NCBI GenBank assembly: GCA_965204345.1
Contig: OZ241981.1
Coordinates: forward strand, 992,001 to 1,056,000
Source of the DNA: Nitrosopumilus sp.
GTDB taxonomy: Archaea > Thermoproteota > Nitrososphaeria > Nitrososphaerales > Nitrosopumilaceae
Length of the DNA stretch: 64,000 nt
Direction of reading: 5' to 3'
Part shown: one piece after another, positions 1 to 11,203 of the stretch
How the letters are laid out: each line of letters opens with the position of its first letter
Position numbering within the stretch: position 1 is the first letter of the stretch
Position numbers and translations under genes: made by a program
The notes under the pieces: generated by a model
The model's database searches: none
What the model was told of the DNA's origin: nothing
The model's input: only the letters and a program-made list of their open reading frames with translations

Positions 1-156
1 TTTCAGATCAACGTAAGCGGCAAAACAATTCCCCAGGTGGCAGAAAATCTCATAGGGGCAATTGCAAGAAATCTCAGAAATAATGAAGACAAAGAGGTTG
101 ACTGGCTGGAATTAGTACGAAAAAACAATGACTTGGAAAAATTTTTTGTTGATTGA
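1..156 (+). CDS. 3' end of a gene, probably archaeal adenylate kinase (AK6/Fap7-like); partial
   Basis: Frame 1 is open from the window start: FQINVSGKTIPQVAENL...EVDWLELV...FFVD*. A C-terminal VDWL is typical of this family. Confidence 0.5.
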   Translation, partial: FQINVSGKTIPQVAENLIGAIARNLRNNEDKEVDWLELVRKNNDLEKFFVD

Positions 157-187
157 TTAAATAGCACCCTTTGATTTGATTAATTGC

Positions 188-1705
188 TTGTTTGAGATTT
201 CTAAAACGGATTTGGCCGGCAGAATAGGTACGCTCTACACAAATCATGGCAAAATCCAGACCCCGGCATACGTTCCGGTAATCCATCCCGTTAAACAAAC
301 CATTCCATCCAAAAAAATCAGGGAGATGGGTTTTGATCTGGTAATTACCAATGCATACATTACTAGAAACAGTTACGGGGAGAATGCAGTCAAAAAAGGG
401 ATTCACAGGATAATTGATTTTGATGGCGCAGTTATGACAGACTCTGGCGGATATCAGGTTCTCGAATATGGGGATGTCGATGTATTGCCGCCGGATATGG
501 CAGACTTTGAGAGAGGCATAATGACGGACTTTGCAATTCCGCTTGACAAGCCGACAGGATATGGAATGCCAATTAAAAAGGCAGAGGCATATGTAAAACA
601 CACCCTAAGTGTCTGCAAGCAGACACTGAAGGACAGCAAAGACAATGGTCAGATTTGGATAGGTCCAATCCAGGGAGGGGAGCATTTTGATCTTGTTGGC
701 AGGTCTACAAAAGGTCTGATCAGCATGGGATTTCGGATGCTGGCACTGGGAAGTCCGGTTGAATTTATGGAATCATACGAATACAGACTGCTGGCACAGA
801 TGATTGTGGCAGCAAAAAAACAGATGCCACACTCGGTTCCTTTGCATCTGTTTGGTGCGGGGCATCCCCTTACCATACCATTTGCAATAGCTCTGGGATG
901 CGATACTTTTGATTCGGCATCATACATGCTATATGCCAAGCAGCTAAGATACATCACCGATGATGGGACGCGTTATTTGTCAGATATTGTGACATTTCCC
1001 TGTAACTGCCAGATATGTTCAAGATATACCCCAGATGAATTTCGCCAATTGCAAGATGTACAAAAAATCAACGAGCTGGCAATTCATAACCTGTATGCAA
1101 TAAAGCTTGAAGTCGACAGGGTAAAGCAGGCAATCTGCGAGGGAAGGCTGTGGGAATACGTAATCAAAAAGGCAAGGGCCCATCCAAAATTGTTTGAGAT
1201 GATTGAAGTAATGACTGAAAACTATGAGTTTCTAGGTCTGGGTACCCCCAAGTTCAAAGAAAGGGCAATCTTTTTGTTTGGCCAAGAGGATCAATACAGG
1301 CCAGAGGTTCAGTCGTTCCATAAAATGGTTAGAAGATTCAAATCAAAGAAAAAGAGACTAGTCGTCACTGGAGAATCAAGCACAAAGCCGGGATATCTCT
1401 CACGTCAGTATGCCGAACTAAAAAAGAGACTAGGAGGAGATTTTGAATTGTTTCAAATCTGCCAGTACAATCCAGTTCTGGGATTAATACCAATTGAAAT
1501 TTCAGACGTGTTTCCTGCTGCCCATCATGAGACATCTAGATTAGACTTTAGGCCAGAAGACTTTCCCGTGTTTGAGAAGACATGGAACAGTTTCTTTGCA
1601 AACAACAAATTCTCAGAGATACGCTATGACAAGGAGGACAAGTTTCTAAGATACTTTGTAAAGAGGCAGCTGCCAAAGCAGATCAAGAAAAAATCTTTTG
1701 CATAA
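188..1705 (+). CDS. tgtA: archaeosine tRNA-guanine(15) transglycosylase
   Basis: TGT motifs MTDSGGYQ, GPIQGG, HLFGAGHP, GCDTFDSA and Zn site CNCQIC...HN. TTG start at 188 inferred; ORF is open from 176. Confidence 0.93.
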   Translation: MFEISKTDLAGRIGTLYTNHGKIQTPAYVPVIHPVKQTIPSKKIREMGFDLVITNAYITRNSYGENAVKKGIHRIIDFDGAVMTDSGGYQVLEYGDVDVLPPDMADFERGIMTDFAIPLDKPTGYGMPIKKAEAYVKHTLSVCKQTLKDSKDNGQIWIGPIQGGEHFDLVGRSTKGLISMGFRMLALGSPVEFMESYEYRLLAQMIVAAKKQMPHSVPLHLFGAGHPLTIPFAIALGCDTFDSASYMLYAKQLRYITDDGTRYLSDIVTFPCNCQICSRYTPDEFRQLQDVQKINELAIHNLYAIKLEVDRVKQAICEGRLWEYVIKKARAHPKLFEMIEVMTENYEFLGLGTPKFKERAIFLFGQEDQYRPEVQSFHKMVRRFKSKKKRLVVTGESSTKPGYLSRQYAELKKRLGGDFELFQICQYNPVLGLIPIEISDVFPAAHHETSRLDFRPEDFPVFEKTWNSFFANNKFSEIRYDKEDKFLRYFVKRQLPKQIKKKSFA

Positions 1706-1743
1706 TCAAAAATAAGAAAAAAGAATGTGCTAAAGATGCCTGC

Positions 1744-2046
1744 TTATAATGCGGCGTCTTCTGCCCAACCTTTGATGAAGACACCGTTTTTGTGAAGAGG
1801 TACTGGTTGTCCAGCAGTGTAATTCATTGGTCTCATCCAAAAGATTGATTTTGTTGGGCATACACCGATGCATGCACCATCAGAAATACATCTTTCTGGG
1901 TAGAAAACAAATGCCTTACCTCTCTTCCAGCCTTCAACAGGTTTTACCCTAAGGACATCAGGACCAAGAGTTGTACAGATTTCTACACATAGTGCACATC
2001 CGATACATCTTTGCTCATCAATGTCTGGAAGTATTGCTATTGGCAT
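1744..2046 (-). CDS. 2x[4Fe-4S] ferredoxin
   Basis: CIGCALCVEIC and CISDGACIGVCP motifs. Confidence 0.92.
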   Translation of the reverse strand: MPIAILPDIDEQRCIGCALCVEICTTLGPDVLRVKPVEGWKRGKAFVFYPERCISDGACIGVCPTKSIFWMRPMNYTAGQPVPLHKNGVFIKGWAEDAAL

Positions 2047-2188
2047 TACAAATACGTTAATGCTTGGTGGCTATTTAAACCATGATTGAAATTCATAACC
2101 CTGTTATGAAAAAGATCGACAGCGAATTCATGCGCAGAATCTAGGCTAGGAAAATTTAAAAAACAAAAAGATAACGTGATGTGCACGT

Positions 2189-2401
2189 TTATTTTCTCAT
2201 TGCATCTATCTGACCAGAAGTTACCCAGTCAAGTAGTTCTGCTGAAGAAGGATTAAGGTCTGCTTTTTGATTCATCAGATTGTTAACCCAGATCCAGTTA
2301 ATTTGGTTTAGAAGTACTTTATTTCCTTCATCGCCTGCACGAGTTTTTGCTACGATAGCCTGATCTTGTTGAGCTATCCACTCATCATAGGTTCGTCCCA
2401 T
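2189..2401 (-). CDS. small conserved thaumarchaeal hypothetical protein
   Basis: Clean 70-aa ORF with a TATA-like box upstream; resembles a small AOA family. Confidence 0.75.
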   Translation of the reverse strand: MGRTYDEWIAQQDQAIVAKTRAGDEGNKVLLNQINWIWVNNLMNQKADLNPSSAELLDWVTSGQIDAMRK

Positions 2402-2514
2402 GAGGATCGAATCTTAGCTTACACTAATTAAAGCTTTTGTAGATTCCATGGTAAGCACAATGATCGGCTTGGATTTGAGAAGGTTTTAACGTAGATAAGT
2501 TTGGATTTTAATCC

Positions 2515-3780
2515 TTGGATGTTAAAGTTTTAGGTGCTGCAAACGAGGTTGGCAGATCAGGATTTCTGGTAAATTGCAACGGAACCAAGCTGCTGCTAGA
2601 TTATGGGGTAATGTTTGGCAGAAGAGGCACCCCCCCGCAATATCCACTGCATGTAAAACCAAAAGATTTGGATGCCATCATAATCACTCATGCCCACTTG
2701 GATCATTCAGGAAATGTTCCGTCTTTGTTTGTAAGTGGCAATACAGACGTGTATGCCACCCCCCCAACATTTGATCTTTCAAAATTATTAATTGAGGATA
2801 TGCTAAAAATTGAGAAAAATTCCCATTCCTTTGACTTGCCTGAGGTAAACAACATGATGAGAAATGCCAAAGAGATAGGGTTTGGACAGAAGGTTGCAAG
2901 GGGGGATGCGACCTTTGAGTTAAGGGAATCAGGACATGTGATTGGCGGAAGTACGGTATTAGTAGAGTCGGAGAGAAAACGTCTCTTCTATACTGGGGAT
3001 ATCAAGACAAATGGCTCCAGAATGCTCAGAGAGATGGATTTGGATATTGGGGAGATTGACTTGCTAATTACTGAGAGTACCTATGCAAAGACAGAACAGA
3101 AACCAAGAAAAGAGTCTGAAAACGAACTTATAGAATTTGCAAATGAGGTCATGGACAGAAAGGGAATTTTGTTTATTCCATCGTTTTCTGTTGAGCGCTC
3201 CCAGGAGATAGCATGTATTTTGAAAAGTTCAAACTTTAAGCATAAAATTATCATGGACGGAATGGCACTAAAGGTAAATGAGATAATGTTCAAGCATCCA
3301 GAATATCTGAGGGATCCCAAGGTATTTTCAGAGGCAATAAAAAGTGCAACAGCAGTAAGGGAACACGCTGAAAGAAAGAGAGCTATGGGAGAACCCTGTG
3401 TTGTGATTTCTCCGGCAGGAATGCTGGTGGGCGGAAATGCCGTTTATTATCTCCAACAGTTGTCTTTTGATAGCAAAAATGGGATTGCCCTGGTCTCATA
3501 TCAGGGTGAGGGTACGCCAGGCAAGAAACTGCTAGATACCGGAATGGTCTCCACCAGAGGAAAAGACCTTGCAGTCAAGGCCCAGGTAAAGCAATTCCAG
3601 TTTTCAGGACATGCAGACAGAAAGGAGCTCTTTGAGATGATCAGGCAGATAAAGGGAAATCCAAAAGTGTGCACCGTTCACGGGGATGCAGAGTCATGTG
3701 AGATGTTTGCCCAAGAGATTCACGAGAAGTTCGGCCTAGAGACGTTTTCACCTGCAGTAAATGATCAAATAACCATCTAA
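2515..3780 (+). CDS. beta-CASP metallo-beta-lactamase ribonuclease (aCPSF-like)
   Basis: LGAANEVGRS, THAHLDH, GHVIG, YTGD, ESTY and FSGHAD motifs. Confidence 0.92.
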   Translation: MDVKVLGAANEVGRSGFLVNCNGTKLLLDYGVMFGRRGTPPQYPLHVKPKDLDAIIITHAHLDHSGNVPSLFVSGNTDVYATPPTFDLSKLLIEDMLKIEKNSHSFDLPEVNNMMRNAKEIGFGQKVARGDATFELRESGHVIGGSTVLVESERKRLFYTGDIKTNGSRMLREMDLDIGEIDLLITESTYAKTEQKPRKESENELIEFANEVMDRKGILFIPSFSVERSQEIACILKSSNFKHKIIMDGMALKVNEIMFKHPEYLRDPKVFSEAIKSATAVREHAERKRAMGEPCVVISPAGMLVGGNAVYYLQQLSFDSKNGIALVSYQGEGTPGKKLLDTGMVSTRGKDLAVKAQVKQFQFSGHADRKELFEMIRQIKGNPKVCTVHGDAESCEMFAQEIHEKFGLETFSPAVNDQITI

Positions 3781-3781
3781 A

Positions 3782-4624
3782 ATGCGGAAAAACTGTGTCA
3801 TAGACGTAGAAAATTCAATTAACAGCGGCCAGGTGTTTCTTTGGAGAAAAAAAGGCAGGTACTGGTACGGGGTAAACGGCCAGGACATCCTAAAAATAAC
3901 TGGTTCTGGAGTCCTAAGATCCTATCAGAACAAAAAGACTGATTTTTTTCGAAGGAGGGACAATATTGAGAAAATAATCAGATCAATCTCAAGGGATGAG
4001 ATTACAAGAAAGGCAGTAAGGCGGTACTTGGGACTGAGAATACTTGAGCAGGATCCGTTTCAATGCCTGATTTCATTTATTGTGTCCTCAAACTCTAACA
4101 TTCAAAAAATTAAAAACAGCTTGGAAAAGATTTCAGAAAAGTTTGGAAGCCCAGTAAAGTTTGATGGCCAAAAGTTTTTCTTGTTTCCCAAACCATCTGA
4201 CCTTGCCGGGGCATCAATAGAGGACATAAAAGATTGCAGTGTCGGATACCGTGCCAGATTCATCAGGGAGGCCTCAGAGATGGTTTTATCAAAAAAGATT
4301 GATTTTGAGTCCTTGCAAAAAAGCAGTTACCAGAAAGCAAAGACTAAGATTTGCCAGATTCCAGGAGTCGGAAACAAGGTTGCTGACTGTGTCTTGTTAT
4401 TTTCACTAGACAAGCTGGAGGCCTTTCCTTTAGACAGGTGGATGATGAGAATACTGGCAAAATATTATGCCAGAGAATTACAGATTGATACTACTTCTAT
4501 TACAGAAAAACAGTACGGGGTCCTTCACCAAAAGATTGTGAGTCATTTTGGTCCGTTTGCAGGATACTCGCAGCAGTTTCTCTTCAAAATGGAAAGAGAA
4601 GACCATCAGAAAAAGTGGCTGTAA
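3782..4624 (+). CDS. ogg1: 8-oxoguanine DNA glycosylase (Ogg1-type, HhH-GPD)
   Basis: SGQVF, QDPFQCLISFIVSSNSNI, GYRA, HhH motif IPGVGNKVADCVLLF, FPLD, AGYSQQFLF. Confidence 0.9.
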   Translation: MRKNCVIDVENSINSGQVFLWRKKGRYWYGVNGQDILKITGSGVLRSYQNKKTDFFRRRDNIEKIIRSISRDEITRKAVRRYLGLRILEQDPFQCLISFIVSSNSNIQKIKNSLEKISEKFGSPVKFDGQKFFLFPKPSDLAGASIEDIKDCSVGYRARFIREASEMVLSKKIDFESLQKSSYQKAKTKICQIPGVGNKVADCVLLFSLDKLEAFPLDRWMMRILAKYYARELQIDTTSITEKQYGVLHQKIVSHFGPFAGYSQQFLFKMEREDHQKKWL

Positions 4625-4936
4625 ACCCCCAAGTGAACTTGGGATCTTATCATGGTAACGAAGAAATGAGTGTCATGTGTAAAAGACTTGGCATTACAAA
4701 AACTAGTCAGCAATAGTTTAGTCATAAAAAATAGTGATCTGATCATATATGGTTGACTTGGATAATCAAAGTTTTTCTAAATAGTAATTCTGTGGGATTT
4801 GAGTTTTTCAAAGAATCTTAATGAAAGACATTGTGTGATAAATTTGGGCGCAGGGATTTTAGTAATTACTAATCATAATCAAAGTAATCACATATTCAGC
4901 CAAAGATATTTAACTCCATTCTCGCATTGAGTAATC

Positions 4937-5242
4937 TTGCCAGTGAATAAAATGAAAGGAAGAAACAATCTAGTAAACGCTCACATATTGTTACAGTGTG
5001 CAGATCCAAGACACGAAGATATGTGTGAAAAGCTAAGAGATGCACTAGTTGACAATTTTAATGAAGTAAAAGAGGCAGATGTCATTACACAAATTACTGG
5101 CGATGCTGATTTTTGTGTAACTGGCATAGCTAAGATAAATCCAGATAAAGAGCGTCGATTTAAAGCTGCACTTGAAAAGCTGCAAGCAAACTCTAAAGAA
5201 AAATCCAAAGTGAAAAATGTTAGAATTTACATAGAAGCCTGA
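4937..5242 (+). CDS. hypothetical protein, possibly Lrp/AsnC ligand-binding-like fold
   Basis: 101-aa ORF; AHILLQC...VKEADVITQITGDADF pattern. Confidence 0.5.
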   Translation: MPVNKMKGRNNLVNAHILLQCADPRHEDMCEKLRDALVDNFNEVKEADVITQITGDADFCVTGIAKINPDKERRFKAALEKLQANSKEKSKVKNVRIYIEA

Positions 5243-5307
5243 TGAGTTAGCATTAGCAGATACAAGCCATGAACTTATTGCAGATATGATGATGCACTGC
5301 TACGTCT

Positions 5308-5856
5308 TTAGATCGTTTTGACTAATTTCAGCTGCTTGAAAAGTTCCACACCCTCATCAATATCGTCATGAGTGAGTTCCCAGCCTAATTTTTCTGCAGT
5401 TTTAATAGCAACATCATGATCCATTTGTTTTTCTTTGCCCGAATTGTTTTCCAACATAAAGTAGATTTTTGCAACATAAGAGAGTGGGGCAGTTTTTAGG
5501 CTGCAGAATTGCTTACAAGTAGACACCAGATACCTTATTTTTTGATATTCGGTAGGAAATGCCAATTTTATACGATTTGCCATATTTTTCCCATCAGATG
5601 TGAGCCTGTACTTGTATCCTTCATGCGTTCTTTCAGGAATTTTAATTTCCTCGATAAAGGAATACATCACCATTTTTTCTAAAGCCAAACTAAGATCTGG
5701 ACTATAGGGGCCATAATAATGAGGCTTGTAGATAGGCAGGGTGAGTCCCTAGATAGTTTTTTCAGCCAAGTACACCAATTTATGGATCGCTGTTCTTCCA
5801 ACAGTTTCACCTTTATTTGAATCAAGTATTGCTTCTACAGTTTCATAAACATCCAA
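5308..5856 (-). pseudogene. YwgA/SocA(Panacea)-like wHTH antitoxin with one in-frame TAG
   Basis: TTG at 5856 gives MDVYETVEAIL...GRTAIHKLVYLAEKTI*GLTLPIYKPHYYGPYS, in frame with ORF 5308-5688. The TAG is at 5749-5751. Confidence 0.7.
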
Positions 5857-6227
5857 AAAACATCACCCTTGACTTTATCAAGTCTTCAATACGTATGATG
5901 TTTTTAAAAATATCTCAGACCTAGATTGAACTGCTACTGATTTTAATTTGACATATTTGAAAGCAGAATTGTTCAAGGAAAATAATTTTACATCAATTCA
6001 ATAAAACATGGCGGTATTGCAGTATAACCTCTCTTAAGAAGTACAAAGAAGAAGAGGAAATACCAGATTGGAACATCAAAAACCAAACAGAGAACAAAGA
6101 GGTGTGAGACAGAAAAAATCTAAAAAATAATTATGCCTAGTTGATTGATAGTTTCAATCACTTAAATGCAAGAAAAGATGTTAAAAAAATATGATGCATG
6201 ATAAGGATATTGGAACTGGTGAGAATA

Positions 6228-6449
6228 ATGAAGTATGAATTGATTGTTGATTGTTTGAATAAGACAGGATGTACAAAGATCCGAGAGATAATGGCTGAAA
6301 ATGGATACAAATGCAATATGTTAAATGGCACGTTATTAGGTGATCATGTTGGAGTAAAGAATTTTAAAAACAAATCTTTTGCTAAAGAAGAAGCAAAGAT
6401 GTTATTGAAAAAACATGACAAAATTATAAATCAAATAACAATTAGATGA
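6228..6449 (+). CDS. hypothetical protein
   Basis: Clean ORF (MKYELIVDC...). Confidence 0.5.
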   Translation: MKYELIVDCLNKTGCTKIREIMAENGYKCNMLNGTLLGDHVGVKNFKNKSFAKEEAKMLLKKHDKIINQITIR

Positions 6450-6478
6450 TTCAGAAATCTTTATCGCGTGTATTGCCT

Positions 6479-6600
6479 GAAAAACACATATCTCCCGGAC
6501 ACATGGGTTCAAATAATCTCTGACAGGTTATGATACTATAGCTTAAATCAGCTAGTAAAATTTACCAATAATCTGATTCATGCCAGAAGCTAAACCCCTT
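6479..6600 (+). repeat. ~120-bp imperfect direct repeat, copy 1 (copy 2 at 12369-12493)
   Basis: gaaaaacacatatctcc...ctatagctt.aatcagcta.taaaatt...attcatg..agaagctaaacccc is shared by both copies. Confidence 0.85.
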
Positions 6601-6619
6601 TCTATATTATCTATTATTC

Positions 6620-6700
6620 AAACATGACTTTTCCATCTGACGTGAGAGCTGAAAATCAGAGCCATCAACAAGAATTTGTACTATTTTATTTTCTACAAGT
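6620..6700 (-). pseudogene. decayed HicA-like toxin remnant
   Basis: Directly downstream of hicB: KIVQILVDGSDFQLSRQM then frameshifted SHV, resembling HicA RQxGSH. Confidence 0.45.
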
Positions 6701-6910
6701 TTAGGGAATGTCGAGACTTGATATCCCAACCATATCCATGTTTTGCATGGTATTTTTTACATCTGGCATTTCTTCAAGATAAAGATGAATTGCTTCTTTG
6801 ATATTTTTTAGCGCCTCATCTATGTTACGACCCTGTGTTGTTACACCGGTGATAACCTCTTTTATGACATACATGTCATCTCCTTTCCAAAATACTGTTT
6901 GAAATTTCAT
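6701..6910 (-). CDS. hicB: HicB-family antitoxin (UPF0150)
   Basis: GVTTQGRNIDEALKNIKEAIHLYLEE signature. Confidence 0.88.
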   Translation of the reverse strand: MKFQTVFWKGDDMYVIKEVITGVTTQGRNIDEALKNIKEAIHLYLEEMPDVKNTMQNMDMVGISSLDIP

Positions 6911-7084
6911 ATTCTATTTTCAAGGTCAAATCATTTTAATCTCTTTGGTTTGAGTATTGTAAATCTAATTTGTTTCTATCTTAGAGATACGAGTAAATTC
7001 ATGTGATCTGGCCAAGATATTGGTAACTAATGATATGCAGATTTTCTCGGATTTTTCCTTCCGCTTTGATGAATGTTTTTTTGA

Positions 7085-7200
7085 AAAAGCCTGCAGAATA
7101 TTCTAGAATTAATTTATTTTCTCTTTTGCTCTTACTGAAAAATTATAATCATTGACTAGAATCTTAAATATTTTCGTCTAGTTTTGATTTTTTAGTTTTA
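7085..7200 (-). pseudogene. decayed HicA-like remnant, repeated at ~10930-10975 and 11128-11200
   Basis: Near-identical to 11128-11200; minus-strand translation KLKNQN*TKIFKILVNDYNFSVR. Confidence 0.45.
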
Positions 7201-7767
7201 CTATTGGATTACACTCTTTAATTCCATTAGTGTCTATGTTAGCAATCACATTTGGTTGGTTTATTGAATTCCATAATGAATGGGCAATACACATCGTTCT
7301 TTGGATAGATATGATGGGTGTTTTGTTTTTTATTTTTGGAATTTACATTTTATGAAATGTCTACAGGTGTCTAAAATAATCTTTTTAGCCAAACACTACT
7401 AGATGCAATTTGCAGAAGGTAGACCCGGATTATCTCTGATTTTTTTTATTGATGATTATGATCCCATGGTTTTACGAAATTAAGTTTCATATCAAATAGT
7501 CGGGTTCTCCTTACATCTAATCTTAATTTAGATTTATCAATTCCAGGAATTAAGGCAAACCAATCAAGAGTTTGGTTGTAATCATGCTCAATCTTTCTAG
7601 TATGATTTATTAACTGAAATATACTTTCTAAAACATGGTAAAAATCGGCTTTAAACCAAAATGGACTTCCCTTCATGACCAGAGAGCAGATGCGTTCCAA
7701 AAACTGTATTTTGAAAAAGATGAAAAAGATATCGTATCTGATCACAGTGATTTTATGAAGTGGGCTT

Positions 7768-8070
7768 ATGGCAAAAAAGCCTAAGCAATATTGGAAGCTG
7801 GGAAAAATTCCTAGCTTCAAAACCAATTTTCTAAAACTAACACCATATGGACAATGGATTGTTGGTAAAACAATCGAGAGTATGCTATGCATAAAAGAAC
7901 CTGAAAAAACATATCAATATACAACCTGTCATGAATGTATACCAGATCTGTATTTATTTGGTATATTGGATGATGGCATTGGAAACAAGGGTTTAGAATT
8001 ACAAATTTACTTGGACAAAAAAAGAAAAATTTTAGTTCCTATAACAGTACGTAAGGTAAATCGTAAATAA
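7768..8070 (+). CDS. hypothetical protein
   Basis: 100-aa ATG ORF in an AT-rich region. Confidence 0.45.
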   Translation: MAKKPKQYWKLGKIPSFKTNFLKLTPYGQWIVGKTIESMLCIKEPEKTYQYTTCHECIPDLYLFGILDDGIGNKGLELQIYLDKKRKILVPITVRKVNRK

Positions 8071-8667
8071 TTACTTTCATATATTCCCATCTATCTTCAT
8101 GAAATCATTTAAAATCAATAAAACATTTGTTGTTACTCCTGTAATAAAAAACGTACACTGTTCAATCTCATGATATTTTCATCTAGAGTTGTTATTTGAA
8201 ATCTGCATCATTGCTTTTGCAATTTCTAATCTAGTAATTGCAGTATGTTTGTTTGGTTACAAACGAAGTGATAGATAATGTTGAAGAATTTGCATAGGCA
8301 TCAGGCAACATAGAGATTAATCTTGCAAGTAGCACAAAATTCTTCAAAGTTTCACCAAGTTATTTTATAACCAGATGTATTTCCAAATAATGTAACACTT
8401 TTTCTTGTTTCATATTTCTTTACATATTTTCTCATTTAATGTAAAACTTGAAAATTTGCATAGAATGAGACATGAATTTTTTTATTTCTAACTATTAAAT
8501 AAGCTGATCCTTGATCTATTGTGTTTAAAATTATTTTACAATATTTTTGTCTAATTTCATTATGCCAAATATTGATTAAGATACTAAATCAAATGATACT
8601 TGATGAACCTATTAATGATTAAACTCTAACAAACAATAGTAATAATAGAGTAGTTTGTATCTTTTTC

Positions 8668-8931
8668 ATGGAGAAATTAAAAGCTAAACTTCCACAAAAG
8701 TGGATTCAAGCTATTGATGAACATGCACATATGATGAAGTGTTCCAAATCTGACTGGCTTAATTTTATGATAAAGTGTGGAATAACCGTCATTGCTCAAG
8801 AAATAAACTATAACAAAGCAGGTGATGAAATAGGAGTGGGGGTTTGTAATTCCATAAAGGGTGCAAAGCTGACATTAGATGTTAATGATATTGGTTCCGT
8901 ACTCTATTGTACGAAAATTATGTCCGCCTAA
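8668..8931 (+). pseudogene. RHH-domain protein truncated by IS481; paralog of 10101-10811
   Basis: KAKLPQKWIQAIDEHA...SKSDWLNFMIKCGI aligns with KIRFPVNFMNAIDIEA...TRSQYAEHMVRNGI; ORF runs into the IS left end at 8903. Confidence 0.6.
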
Positions 8932-9948
8932 GCTCAGGCTTCAGGCAAGGGATCATTACCGCATATACCGATCACGAATAATGAAGAGAACCAGACTAAA
9001 AGAAGATCAGACCAGATATATCATACGGCAGCGCCAAAAGGGCACAGCTGCATCTGTTCTGGCCCAAACCATGCAGGTCAGCGCAAGGCATATCAGACGC
9101 ATATGGGCAGCCTACCCCAAGACCAGAACAATACTCCCCCACAGAAAGCCAGGAAGACCCAGAAAGACAGTATCATCTGAGGATGTACGTCGTGTTCTTA
9201 AGATATATGATGATATTCATGCAGGAGTAGTGCGCACGGCTCGCCTCCTCAGAAAGTCATCTCATATAAGCTACCATACAGTATACCAAATAATGAAATC
9301 CAACGGACTGGCCAGACTGTCTCCTGAAAAATCCAAGAAGAGAAAGTACGTCAGATATGAGCGACTGTATTCCAATGCAATGTGGCATGTGGACTGGCAC
9401 GTAATGAAGGATCCACGCCTGAAAGGACTGCAACTTGTGGCATATCTGGATGATGCATCCAGGTGCATAACGGGATTTGGGCTGTTTGATAGTGCTACAA
9501 GTCAGAACACTGTAGCCGTTTTGCGCAAGGCTATCAAGTCATTTGGTACGCCAGACCAGATACTTTCAGACAACGGCGCCCAGTTCACATCCCGAAACCG
9601 CGGTATACCTGCCAAGGGATGAAAGCCCACCGCCCTGATTGAGGCAGAAGCCTCGGAGAGAGGTATTGCCCTGATTAACTCGTGCTCCCACCACTTGGCA
9701 GACCAACGGCAAGATTGAGAGATTCTTCAGGACACTGGAGGATGAGCTTGGACACTTTAAGACGGTGGGGGAGTTCATGGACTTTTACAATGAGGATAGG
9801 CTGCATTTTTCTCTGGACATAGAGAACTGCCAAGTGCCCCTGATGGCATTTAAGATCAAAAAGGTTTCCTGATGCGATCAGAAAAAGCAATCAAAAATGG
9901 ATGGAGGTGGACATGAATGACTAGCGAATATGATTTTCATATAATACA
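8903..9948 (+). mobile_element. IS481-family insertion sequence (1,046 bp, inactivated)
   Basis: Imperfect ~25-bp TIRs (tctattgtacgaaaattatgtccgc / gcgaatatgattttcatataataca); rve-type DDE transposase; no TSD visible. Confidence 0.85.
8981..9924 (+). pseudogene. IS481-family transposase with premature TGA and frameshifts
   Basis: HTH N-terminus, WHVD, LDDASR, LSDNGAQF; TGA at 9620-9622; QTNGKIERFFRTLEDE continues in a shifted frame. Confidence 0.88.
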
Positions 9949-10100
9949 CAATTGTATCTTATAACACAAAAGAGAAAAATGTCCAAAATATAGATATGCA
10001 AATTGATCGCTTGGTTGAATTTAGCTAAAATGATCCTATGTACAGCTTTAATTTTTGGCTTGAGAACGTTTTAATAGTTGACATAGTTAAAAAAACTACA

Positions 10101-10811
10101 ATGATCCCAATTAAAATCAGATTCCCAGTTAATTTCATGAATGCTATAGATATTGAAGCCCAAGCTCAAGAATCTACACGATCCCAATACGCCGAACATA
10201 TGGTACGAAATGGTATTGCAATATTTATGATGCTAGATGATTTTGTGAATAAAAAAGATAGAGTTGGTATTAATATTTGCAGCTCAATTATTCGTATTGG
10301 CATTAATGATTTAGTTGATAGTGATGCCAAAATAAGACCAACTGAAACTTTTGAAATGTCTTATGATCCTACACAAAGATGGAAAGAAATTGAGGAGAAT
10401 TTTTCTAAAATGGAAAAATATCCTACGACTGTGAATTTTACAGATAAATTAACAGAATGGCTTCAAGTGGCTGCAGACACAGTGAAACAACCTCTAAACT
10501 TAATGATATTCATGTACATACAGGCCAGCTTTGTGGGTTGGCTATATCGATCTACAAGAAGTGAAAATAATCCTCGAGAGGATTTGGAAAAAATGGATAA
10601 AATCCTTGAGGAAATTAGAGGGGTATACGTTATTTTTAATATTACTGAAAAAGGAATTTCGATTAATTTAAAAAAAAGGATTAAAGGAAAAAAGTCCATC
10701 AAAGATAAAGATTTGATCGGATTAATTACAAGCCCGTTAGTTGAACGACTAGGAACCACTAACGGGAAAATACAACCACAAGACAGAGAATCCGGAGGTT
10801 ATGTATTCTGA
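10101..10811 (+). CDS. putative DNA-binding protein with two RHH-like segments
   Basis: IKIRFPVNFMNAIDIEA...TRSQYAEHMVR and TTVNFTDKLTEWLQVAADTVKQPLNLMI patterns; start inferred. Confidence 0.55.
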   Translation: MIPIKIRFPVNFMNAIDIEAQAQESTRSQYAEHMVRNGIAIFMMLDDFVNKKDRVGINICSSIIRIGINDLVDSDAKIRPTETFEMSYDPTQRWKEIEENFSKMEKYPTTVNFTDKLTEWLQVAADTVKQPLNLMIFMYIQASFVGWLYRSTRSENNPREDLEKMDKILEEIRGVYVIFNITEKGISINLKKRIKGKKSIKDKDLIGLITSPLVERLGTTNGKIQPQDRESGGYVF

Positions 10812-11089
10812 TTAGATCAAGATTGTTTTATCTTAAAAGTATTTTGTTAAGATTTTTTGATCGCTTTAAGCATAATTCCGATCTAAAAAAAGCGTTGGTT
10901 TTAGCTGTTCTTACAGATATCAAAAACAAAAGTATGCAGCATATTCTGGAATTAATTTATTTTCTCTTGCTCTTTTTCTCAAATCCTTGATTTGAGTAAA
11001 ACCAATATGTTTTGTAGCTTATGTATCACCCAGATTATCTCTGATTTTTTATTGATAATTATAGCGTCCGTAATTGTAACTTATCTTAC

Positions 11090-11203
11090 ATCTTCGTACC
11101 CTAAAAGAATGGGTGACCCTTGGTATGTCTTACTGAAAAATTATAGTCATTGACTAGAATCTTAAATATTTTTCATCTAGTTTTGATTTTTTAGTTTTGT
11201 CAA
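11090..11203 (-). pseudogene. decayed HicA-like toxin downstream of hicB
   Basis: TTG-TKLKNQN*...KILVNDYNFSVRHTKGHPF with a stop and a frameshift. Confidence 0.5.

Noticed and set aside
7446-7892. Minus-strand 148-aa ORF
   Set aside because: Overlaps 7768-8070 head to head and has no recognisable motif. A shorter version may be real but is unsupported.
8075-8412. Possible decayed SWIM/transposase N-terminus on the minus strand
   Set aside because: Only scattered CLC and KH residues among many stops; too degraded to call.
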